Part shown: one piece after another, positions 50,001 to 62,000 of the stretch | How the letters are laid out: each line of letters opens with the position of its first letter | Numbering within the stretch: position 1 is the first letter of the stretch | Assembly: GCF_018977255.1 (NCBI RefSeq) | Contig: NW_024704743.1 | Coordinates: forward strand, 24,182,001 to 24,246,000 | Direction: 5' to 3' | From: Callorhinchus milii | Taxonomy: Eukaryota | Length of the DNA: 64,000 nt | Program-made: the position numbers and the translations under genes | Notes under the pieces: generated by a model | What the model saw: only the letters and a program-made list of their open reading frames with translations | Database searches by the model: none | What the model was told of the DNA's origin: nothing

Positions 50001-53000
50001 GAGTGGCACCGTGACACATTTTAGACTTGCCGGTCCAGATTTCTTGATTACGCTCACATCTTTCTCAGTGCAAGTTTTAGGAAGCTCTGGATTAAAGTGT
50101 TCTCCAGCAGTCTTGTTCAAATTTTCACTTTTCAGTTCAATGTTCTGAACTCTTTCCGGGTCCCTCTGTACCTCGTAGTTATTCCTGGAGCTGTTAGTGC
50201 TGTAGTTAAGTGCTTGAGCTGATGGAACTGCATGAACAGATGGAAAGGGTCTTGGAAGAGGGGAGTGCTCTCTCAGAGGGTGCCGTGGTGAAATGAGAGG
50301 AGGAGGTGCTCTCAAGTGCAAGGGACGCTCTTGCTTTTCATCTTCAGGGGTGACTCTGCAGGAGAAAGACACATTTAATATAAGATAAAGATCAAACGTT
50401 ACTCATGGAGTAATTCCATGGTATGTGTAAATCTATCCTCTGGGAGAAGGGGTGGTGAGCATTGGTTCTCTGGTGACTGAAGAGACTCTGAAGAGACACA
50501 AGTAATTCAAGGCTTCGAGGATGTCTGACCAACCTGCCGGGCTCATCATTGAGACTTAGAGATGTAGTCATGCAGGGATATCACCAGTCACTTGCAAACC
50601 ACCTCCGCGTGCAGAGTGGGTGAACTCTATGATGTGTGAGTGGGAGTGGGGGGGGGGCTACATTCAAGTGACACATGTGTGTTTATTCCTGAGGCTGAGT
50701 ATAGAGTGAACAGCCTGTTACTCAGCTCAGCTGAGCCAATAAATAAGAGTGGGGGGAGGGGGGGGCGAAGGTGAAAACCTGTATGATTTTATACACGTGT
50801 GAAACCGTTTACGCTTTACAGGGAAAATTATTTCCATCGAGTGAGAACCAGCATTTGTCACAAATTAAAGATGGAATTTTCTGTAGATTGAGGATCAATT
50901 GAGCAGAGTTTTAATGAAACTTTTAGCATTTCATTGCAGGACTTTATTCTTCCCAACAAATCTATCATATTATCTGGCATATATCAAAGTCAAAATGATC
51001 TTGGAACTCTGAGCTTGCATATCAGAAAATGAGGTGCTTAAATAACCTTCAGTTTGGGTTATTCTCCAAATACCTCAGGCAACAATCTGAAGACAGCTCT
51101 CTATTTAAACATAATTTGCCTTTATTTACTCTTTAGTTTGGTATATGTGGGGTGAAGATTGTGACCTGTGATATGTTGATATGTAACTGTGTTACTTAAC
51201 ACCTCATTGAAAAATGTGGCCAGTCAATTTACTCATCAATTGGACTGCCCCCCTACCTGCCTCTCCACACACGTACACACACAAGCCGAACAAGGGAAAT
51301 ATGAAATCTGACAAAATAACTGAAATTTGCTTCACATAAGAAAGGCATAATGGTGAAGGTCTCACTACCTCAGGAAGGAAGAAAAATGAGACTGAAGTTT
51401 GGAACGAGAAAATAAATAAATAAAACGACATTAAGTATTGGAAAAGTATGAGAATTCTCACCTCTTTGGGCTATACACTAGTTCAGTTTATAAATCACTA
51501 AATCAGTGGGATTTTTAGTATATCCCCTGGAAAAGATATCTGTAATAGCTGAATTCCTGACGTCTCACTCACCTGCTTCTCTCCTGTTCTTGCTCTGAAG
51601 GTTGATGTCCTCGGATCAGATCAGATTGCTGCTGACGATGCTGCTGACGAAAGTCTACTCCATGCACTGGTCTGTCCTCCCTCTCTTGTTGCAGATGGCC
51701 GTGACGTACAGCACACTTCCCTTCCCGGGGTGAGCAATACGAGGACCCCATTGGTGGCACACCAAGAAGAGAAGATGCAGGAATTGCAACAGGCTCCAAA
51801 GGCAATGTCCGAAGTTTTCCACTTCCCAAGGACGACTCTTTTTGTTCTTTGAAAAATAAATATTGATCAGCAAACCATTTCTATTCCCTTCAAATAAAAT
51901 AATGCATTACAGGATATTCATGGAATCGTACAACGCATATGGAGGCTATTCGACCCATCATGCCTGTGCCAACTCTTTGAAAGAGCCATCCAACTAGTTC
52001 CACTCCCCCGCTTGCTGTGTTATTTTTAGACCAAAGTTGGCAGTTTCTCCTGGTGTGCTGGCCAACAATCACCCAAATAAAATTGATCACTCACTTCATG
52101 GCTGTTTCTGAGATATTGCTGCCGCGTTTTGTTTACAATATTTCCTGTGAAGCACTTTGAAACCTCATACTGGTGTGAAAGGTTCTATCCCAAATGTAAG
52201 GATTACTACTATTTATAATCAGTTATATTGCACACACAGTGATACTGGTAAATTTATTTTAATGCAGGCAAAAAGATGAGAAACAAAGCAAAGAAGAAAA
52301 TGTTTGGCATTATTTATTGCTTTTGGGATGCTACTTCTCTGTGTCTGCGTAATTAAGATAAAAAATAGCCCTTTATATTTAAAAAAATGGTAGATCTATT
52401 ATCTCTCTGTTACAGAAATGGTGCATTTGATATATCAGACAGTTGTTTTCTGTTATAATAATTATAATAATCTTTGCATTTGATATAGCACCTGATCACT
52501 TCGTTGAGGCATCTCAAACCTTCCCAGAATATATTGTAAAGTGAATTCACTGTTTATTTTGTGGGCGAAACGTGGCAGCCAATTGCGCACAGCTGTGTCA
52601 CACTAATAGTCGTGGATTGAGTGACCACATTTTTTTTTGAGGGATTATTACCCCCGGAAAGCAATTCGTCAATCGACTAACAACTAGGTTCCTATTTACT
52701 GCTAGGTAATCAGAGTCATGTGGAGTAAGGAAACTTGCGTAACTTTTTACCCAGCGGGAGTTATGAGCTGGTAAGCCACCTCTAGCATGAATTAACCAAG
52801 CTGCCTGCTCCTATTCCATCTAGGACCTCTATTGTTTCCTCTTTGTCCTTGCTGCTATTTCTGTCATTATTTTCTACCCTTTGATGTGTCCTGTAGGTGT
52901 CAGCCAGGAGATGGCTCAGAAATGAACAAGGCCTGCAATAAGATCCATATCTTATTCCTTCCAGGTATAGAAGGGCTTGTTTAATAAATTATTTATCACA

Positions 53001-56000
53001 CACAAAAAAAACACTTTCTAGAGTGAAAGCCTTCTATAATAAGCACAGGCACATGAAGAGTTAATAAAGTTCTGTGCTCACCCCATTAGTGGCTAATGCT
53101 ACCTTTATTGTGAAAATGGAGCAACATTGAAGTGTGTATTCCAGTTAGTTTTAATGGGGAGTTTGAGAAGACAATGTGAAAGTCACATTTATAAAAAATT
53201 AAGATTGTGCAATATTTTGGAAAAATCTTAAATTCAAGCTTAATTTGGGAACTTTTTTTCACAGGTCTTTGTAGGAACTGTGGAAAATTGGTTGCAAAAC
53301 TGTGATTGAATTTAAGATTTTTACCAAAATTCTGCATTATCTTAAGTATATGACAATGGTCATAAGGTGAAAACCATGGGACCTTTGGTCCCATCACTGG
53401 CTGTGTTATATGATGACATTGCCAAAAACTATAAATGAGTGATTTGTTTCCTCTACAATCTCTCTAACAAGCTGCAGAACATTACAGAATTAATTAATGA
53501 ATTTAATTTTGTTTCATGTCCAAAGCAACCAGTTTGTCAGTCTTAATTGTGAGGTTCTTGACATAAGAACATAAGAACTTGCTAGGCGAAAGTAGACCAA
53601 GGTCCATCTTGTCCGCCTTCTACCATCCTGGCAATTACTTGACATGTCATATCCCAAACTATATACCGTATCCATAGATATTATTTTCTAGCAGAAATCT
53701 ACCTAATTTGTTCTTGAAATAAACAACATTTTCTGCTTCCACTGTCTCCCTAAGGAGCCTGTTTCCATAAGTATACGACATCCGCCAACCAGCAGTCTGG
53801 TGCTACAGTCTGCAAGTCCAGCTAGCTTCTCAACATGACCATTGACAAGAGAGAGCGTGTGTTGTGGGGGGGGATGTTCAGTCTCTAGCACACTTGGAGT
53901 CCGCCAGTGTGTTTAATATCACAACAACAACAAAATTACATTTATAGAGCGCCTTTCACGTTGGGAGGACGTCCCAAAGCACTGAACAGTCAGGGGTCGG
54001 GGCCCAAGCATGGGGGAGAGGTGGTGTAGGGGTGAGGGATGGCAGAGAGGTGGGAGGGAGACCAAAGGCACGGTCGAAGAGAGGTCACCAAATTGACTAA
54101 CTATTATTTGGCACACAGGTGCTAATGAACAACACTGCGAAATATACCCCTCTTCAAGCTTTATTTATGGTTTCCTGCTGAGGATGATATAATGTAACTG
54201 TAAAGTATTGGCAATTGTGATAATAATAATAATCCTTGCATTTGATATAGTGCTTTTCACGACTTCTAGACGTCTCAAAGCGCTTCACAGAATAGACTGT
54301 AAAGTGAATCAACTGCATATTTGTGGGCGAAATGCGGCAGCCAATTGTGCACAGCAGATAGTGGCTACTAAGGATTAAATGGAAAAGACCTTTAAGTTCA
54401 CTCAGGGCAAATCAATGTTGAGCCAACTTTTGGAAGTATTTTGCTACCCCTAGCATATGCTCTAATTCTGAATAAAAGCACATGTGGCATTAATACAAAT
54501 ATATGCACATCAGGAATCAATGAAATTATATCATCTATGAAGGCAGTTATATTTACCTCTCCTAAAAAAAAATTGACTTGACAGAATGGGGCTGAAGTGC
54601 GTGCCTTTCAAATAAAGCCCAGTTAAGTGAAAACATAATGGTCCTTTTTAAAAGGAGCAATCTCATTGGAAACAGTAGAGGTTTACCCTTCCCTTCATCA
54701 CATTGATACCAGCTCACCAAACGTAGGCACTCAGAAAAAGATTACAATGGCAGTTCCAATAAAATGTAAAATAGAGGAAGGCATGGAATATTGGAGAATT
54801 GCACATGCCAGAAAAGGAAGTAGTTCCCCCAAAAAGTGAATGACCCATAAAGCTGCAGCTCTGTGGCATTGATGTATAAAAGCCGCATGTAATAGACATA
54901 TTACTAAGATGTACTGTGTAGAATCCATTTCTAGAATTACTTAGTTTCCGCAATGTTTCGTATAAGATATAGCGTAGAAGATAGTACAACGGCGGCCTTT
55001 GAAGCTGCTATTTAGTTATTTGTCACATGATTATCTGACATGAATATTATTTGTTTAACAACAACTTTTTTATATAATATAATAATCTTTGTATTTGATA
55101 TAGCGTCTTATCATGTCTTTGAGACGTCTCAAAATGCTTCACAGAATATACTGTAAAGTGAATTGACTGTCTTTTTTTAAGAGCATATATGTAGTGCCCT
55201 TCATGGATAGCATCTCGGAGTGCTTAACAATAACGGAGCTTGATGCCGAGCCAGTGGGGGTAGGTGACCTTCCTGGTCAAAGAGGAAGGTCTTCTGGTGT
55301 GACTTAAAGATAGGGAAGGAGGAGGCAAGGCAGAGGGTTTGAGGAAGAGAGTTTAAAGGGTTAACGTGGCAGCATGCTCAACAAGCCTACTGATGGAATG
55401 GAGGATAACCCAGAAGTGCTGCTCACTGGTCTCTCCATGACAACACTACAGGCAGCACAAGTGGTCAGTAGGTGTCTTGATGTGACTGATGCAATGGTGT
55501 GTGTTTGAAAACAAACCTAAAAGCTCCGTCAAATAGATTTTCAGGATGTGGTGCCCTTTGTCAGGGTCAGATTTATCTTTACAAACAACAATAAAAATCT
55601 TGATGCAATACCTGTATGAGCAGATGAAGTGCTCCACCATGATTTGGGGTGTTCATTGTTCCTATGAATGGGCTGGAATGGTTCCATTGCCGAGATGAAA
55701 TCCTTCCATCCTTCAAACCGTCTGGGTCCTGAATCACCGGCAGCAGTTGCATTCTGTTCTGCCCGATAGTCAAGGTCCATCGCTTTTTCCTGTTTCATCT
55801 CTTTCCTTCGCTTTATTTCTTTCTCCCATTCCGTTTCACTCTGTTTCTCTCTTTTCCTTTCCTGTTCTGTGATCGCTTCTCTCTTCCTTTCTCGCAAAGT
55901 CTCACATTCCCAGTCCTTTTCTTTCTCGTGCTCACGCTCTTTTTCACGCTGCTTTTCCTCCTCTATTGGCAACCTGTAGACCCAAAGATGAGCAGTGTGT

Positions 56001-59000
56001 GTTACTTTCTTTCCCTCGTGTGTAAAAATGGTTGTTTTGATGTGGCTCAAAAATTGGTTAAAAAATCCAAACAAAAAATTTGATCAAGCCTTCAGCTCCT
56101 CTGCCCCTACCCTTTGGAGCTCCATCCCACAGTATTTTTGCCTCGCTCTCCCTTGCCTCCTTCAAGGCCCATCCTCTTCGACCCTCCTCTTCGACCGTGC
56201 CTTCATTCACCCTCCTACCCCTAATCCTCCCTGCCCTCCACCCCTCATGATCCAAACCCCCAACAGGTCCAAATCCCTGACTGTCCAGCACCTTGGGATG
56301 TCCCCTCGACGTGAAAGGCACTATACAATTGTAACTTGTTGTTGTTCTCGCGCACCAGGCTCTGTGACCCCATCACTCCCACCCTCGCCCGACTCCACTG
56401 GCTCCCCATCCCTCAGAGGATCGAATTCAAGATCCTCGTCGTCAACTTTAAGGCCATCCATGGCCTTGCCCCCTCCTACCTCTCTGACCTGCTGACTCCC
56501 TACCAACCTGCCCGCTCCCTCCGTTCAGCGGGCTCCGGCCTGCTCCATGTCTCCCACCCGACCCGCCCTACCATTGGTGGCCGGGCTTTCAGCCTCTCTG
56601 CCCCCACACTCTGGAATTCTGTCCCACAGTCCCTTCACCTCGCTTCCTCCCTTGCCTCCTTCAAGGCAGGTCTCAAGACCCTCCTCTTCGGTCGTGCCTT
56701 CAGTTGCCCTCCCACCTCCCTGCCTTCCCTCACCCCTACCCCACCCCTCCCCCATGCTCGGGTCCTGACCCCTGACTGTCCAGCACCTTTGGATGTCCTC
56801 CCGACGTGAAGGGCGCTCTATAAATGTAATTTTGTTCTTGTTGTTCCCCTTCATAGCTCAAATGTGCACCCAGGGCTACTGACAATATTACTATTTAACT
56901 GAAGGCTACATGTCCTGTGTAATAGGAGAATGAGCTACAGAGTGGGTTAGTTGCCCTCTGGTTATCCTTGCTTCCCCCTTCAAAAAACATGTTATTTAGC
57001 AGTTCATTTGCATTGTGGATTGTACACACAAAACCTGATGACAGCATCCTCAGATTCTGTTGCAGAGCTCTTCTGTGAACCATTGTGCTGCCCACCCACA
57101 CTGCTCTACAGTTACAAACTGTCTTTAAGAAACAGATGAAACTTTATGAAGAATAATGCTCCTGATTTAAATGAAACAAAAATGTGTGGCAGTATTTTCC
57201 TACTGCTGATGATGCAGTGAAAGGTATGATATCTTAAAACAGATGACAAAAAATTGGATTTTTCATATTTTCACACCAGTAATTTACTTAACCAAGGTCA
57301 TGTAACCCAATAAGCTGGTTTTGTAGGAGATAACAGAGTGGGAGAATCAATGGATCCAAATAACACAAACATATGGAATTCACAGTAGCTGGCACAAAAA
57401 GGTCATACAAAAATTGAAGGAACCTTTATCTTCAACATGAAAGCATTTTTACTTATGAAACATACAATGTGAGACCTGCAATTCAGGGTGCAATTTAGAT
57501 AAAAAACACTGAGTGTCAGAGACTGGAAGAGTGAACCTCAAGCAGCTGATTTATTACCATTTTCAGAATCGTAAAAGATGTTACGAGGCTGAAACCCCTG
57601 CTACCCTAGGTGGGTGGTGGGGGTGGGGGAGCGGCATTGTATTATCACAGGCTACATTTTCTCGTACTCCTCCCTGCCCCCCCATAGAATAACAGGAAAA
57701 GCACAGCAAGTAAGTTAAGATCTGAAAGAGAAAGATTGGTTTATGTTTCGGGTATGCTCTTTTACCAGAAATGAAATAGTAAACACCAAATGTTAACCCT
57801 GCTTTCTATTGTAAGTGAAGATCAGCCCCCTGGGTGTGTATTTCCATCGTTATTCTGTCTTCTTCAGCATTCGTAGATTTTGTTTGAAACTTTACTTTCA
57901 AGGGGTGAAACATGCGACGTTTGGTAATTGTCACTGAAATTAATTATCGCAATAATGAAAATTGCAGTCAAACCAGTCAATAACTGTCAATAAAAGGAAC
58001 CTCTCACTTTTACCCATTTTGACACAATGGTTGGGACAGAAGCCACTGGAGTTGATGATGTTATAATCATTCCCCATACCAGTTTAACTGAACCCAAACC
58101 ATGAATGGTTTGACCCTTTTTCTTTTTTAAAAAAAACTGATACAGCTGCTCCCCTCCCGCAAAAGTTAAACAAACAAAAACACATTTCAGAAAAGGCTGC
58201 GATCCGCAATTTAATGCACGATTCACTTAATACTGACCTTCCGCCTGTCAGGATTGATAGATGGTCCGAGTGCAAGGCTGGGAGTGAAGGGTGAGCTGCA
58301 TCTAGGTGCTGCCTCATTCCACTACGGGACAAGTGCATATTGGGAGGCTGCAGATGTGGCAAGGCGCCAGGTTGTGGAATATGAAAGAACGGAGGTCGGA
58401 ATGATAGAACACAGGGGTCATCGATTCTGTGAATAAAAGACTGGGACATCACTCAAACTATTCTCTGAAGGCTAGAAAGATTCACTTGCAAGATTAATTC
58501 TTTTCTTTTATTAGTTTATAAACGTACGTTTTACTAACAAAACATATTTTCAGGACAAGAATTAATTTTAGCTAATTTTTTGTTAATTCTCCCCAATAAG
58601 GAACATTTCACTCTGACTTCAATTTGAACCATTGGAACAATTCGAAATTACACTTGGGGAGATATTTCATTTAGGTCTACTTTACACTTGGGCAGATATT
58701 TCATTTAGTCTATTTTATGCGGCCCTTTGCAGCATTCAGCATTGGACAAATTGTTGAAATCAGTCTTAATGTTGAAGTTGTTTTGCTGTAGCTCTTAAAA
58801 ATTCTCATAGAAACCTGGTTTCAAAATTAAGGCTGAATAAAATTCTAATAGCTCTAAAATGCTCTATAAATAGAGTAAACCTGGAGCCAGGTGGAATTTC
58901 TCTCCAATAATATAAAGGTATTAAGCGCTCTGCGATGTTATCCCTCGTGAAGTGTGCTATATAAATGCGTGTTGTTGTAGTTGCCATAATCCTTGCATTT

Positions 59001-62000
59001 GGTATAGCGCCTTTCACGTCAGAAGAACATCCCAAAGTTTCACAGGTTTTACTGTAAAGTGCAGTGACTGTGTATTTTGTGGGTGAACATGGCAGCTAAT
59101 TGTATACAGCAATGTCCTACAAACAGCCATAAAGTGAGTGATCAATTTTATTTGGGGAGACTGTTGGCCAGGACACCATGGAAAAGAAACTACCTTCTCT
59201 TTTCGAATAGTGCCATGGAATATTTAACGTCCACCTACAGGCAAACAGGCCTCCGTTTAAAATCTTATCCAAAGGACAGCATCTGTAACAATGGAGTACA
59301 CCCCCAGTCCACCCCCTATTGGAGTGTCATCTTAGACTATGTGATTCCAAGTCCTAACATAGGGCTGAAACCCACAACCTTCTGGCTCGAGAGTGCTACA
59401 ACTTGAGCCAGGCTGACACATATGTAAAATACTGCAATGCTGTTTTTAAGACGATTAAGATGGGTAGCTGAACTTATTTACTGGCTCTTCCACTTTAGGC
59501 ACAATGGGATGGTGCTGACAACAAGTAAACGGGTTTCGCTTACACTGTCTGGGTACTTACCTATATGTTGGATGATGAAAAGGAAGATGGGATAAGAAGG
59601 CAGGATGATAGTAAGCTGCAGATGCAGCGGCTGCTGATGAGTCCAACCCAAGGGAAGCCAGCGAGGACAAAGCTTGGATTTCATTGCGACTATGATATGG
59701 ACGGAAACTTGAGAGGAAGTCTTCTGCCCTGCTGTTGGAAGATACCAAGTGTGGGACTGGTCGCTGCAAACTGCAAAGTTACAGGCACTTGTGAAATGTG
59801 CTTTCCTGAATTGAGACTTCAAGACACATTCACTATACTCAAGGCACATAAGCACAGAAATGCACACTATTCAAAACCCTGCATTTCACACAATCTTATT
59901 GGATTAAAAACTTTCTCTGTTGGAAGATTTATTTGTGTTCAATATCTGTGATCCATATAGTCTTATGCTTCACAGGCCATCACCCACTTCTCCTTTCCCC
60001 ATATCGAAAGACCGTTTAACAATGTAGTTTTCTGGTTCATGTGTTCCGACCACAGAGGGTCTGTCTGGCTGACATTTGCATCAACTAGATGGCTCGCTAA
60101 CAGGCTGGAGAAGTTACTTGCAGAGGGCGGTGACAAAACAATAATAATAATCTTTGCATTTAATATAGTGCCTTATCACATCGTTGAGACATCTGAAAGT
60201 GCTTCATGGAATATACTGTAAAGATAATTGACTATATATTTTGTGGGCGAAACACAGCAGCCAATTGCACACAGCAGTGTCCCACAAACAGTCGTGGACT
60301 GAGTGACCAAATTATTATTATTTTATTTGTTTTTGAAGGGATTATTACACCCAGAAAGCGATCTGCCAATCAACTAACAACTGGATTCCTACTTACTGGT
60401 AGGTAAACATAGGCATGTGGAGTAAGATAACTTGCCTAAGGTTTCCCCCTGTCTGGGAATTGAACCCAGGTTCTCTCATTTGCGAGATGAGTGCTCTAAC
60501 CAGTACATTACAGGACTTTACAGGACAAAACAAATAGATTGCTTTTCCTTTAAAGTAGGAATAGGTATGCTTTTTTTGGAGGATGGCAATGTGAATTTGC
60601 ATTGTATTTATTTTATGTTTTGCCTAAATAAGTGGACAATAACATTGGTATCATGAAGGAAATAATTAAGACTGATCTTCATTTAACAGTCGTATTGATA
60701 GCAGATGATGATTATATTGATTAGCAGTTCCTGTGAGGTGCAATAAGTGCAGTCCTTGAGGCATATTTATAATCATTGCTGCTCTTGCACCACTGTTTAA
60801 CCTTTAGATTGTCAGGCAAATCTGCAAGACTCCTCTCGAGAAGGGCTAACTGATTTTTGTGTGCAAAAAAATCTTTCTTTATGCCTCTCCATCCTCTCTA
60901 GAAGATGCTTTGGCTGTTTCATTCCTTCCCACAGTGGTACAATTCAAAAGTCTCCAGGTACCCTCCAGCACCTTGTTCAAGTGATAATTTTTCTGGTTAA
61001 CGGCGTGTCTGACACATGTAGAAAGCCATTGTCATATTTAAGTGGTCGGTTTTGTTTGGTTGTTTGGTACTCTTAAGCATGGAGATGAGATGACCATATA
61101 TGTCAGATATCCCCGAAAAGCTTCATTATTCACATGATAAAACAAACAACAACCACAAATTACATTGTATAGCACCTTTCAGGTTCGGAGGACGTCCCAA
61201 AGGTGCTGGATAGTCATGGATTTGGACCCGATCTGGGGGTTGGGATCAGGAGGGGTGGAGGGTAGGGAGGATGGGTTAGGAGGATGACAGAAGGTGTGGG
61301 CGAAGATGAAGGTCTTGAGAGGGGCCTTTCAGGAGGCAAGAAGGGGACAAGGCAAATAAACTGTGGGATGGAGTTCTAAAGGGTGGGGGCAGAAGGGCAA
61401 AATGAAACAGCTCAAACTTGAAAAAAATACACAGTAAACCCCCGGCTTACTGGACTCCGGATTTCCAGAATTCAAACCTACCTAGCCTGACTGGGCCTGA
61501 AACGGAAATTTAAAAAAAAATATGTGGCCAGTGTGTGAGTAGACTCCCGCTAGCTCAACTTTCCTAGCATGCACCCCTGCCTCACCATGCTCGTTGGCCT
61601 TCAGTGGCCAGGGATATCAACTTTGACTCCATTTGAATCTCGCTTATTTGCTATCTTCTGCTTGCGGGATTCAGACAAATTACACATTTCCCTTCATTGA
61701 ATAACATCCCACCACTGATCAGCCCATTGCACTAACCTGTTTCAATCCTCTTGCAGTCTCTTGCCATTCTCATCACTATTCACAATTCTTGCTAGCTTGA
61801 TGTCATCTGCAAACTTTTATACCGTACCCCCTATATCCAAGTCGAGGTCCCTGTGGTATGCTACTAACCTTGGGACGCATGGCTTCTGGAGCGAATTAAA
61901 TGGGTTTCCTACTCTAACAAATGGCTGATTTCCAGCAAGGTGCATCACCACTGATGTCAGTTTCTGCAATTGTACACTAATACAGTTCACACAGGAATCT

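Noticed and set aside
58649..58717. 35-bp tandem duplication
   Set aside because: Ordinary two-copy slippage duplication with no other signal
61430..61480. Possible Tigger/pogo terminal inverted repeat (CAGTAAACCCCCG)
   Set aside because: No partner terminus or transposase found
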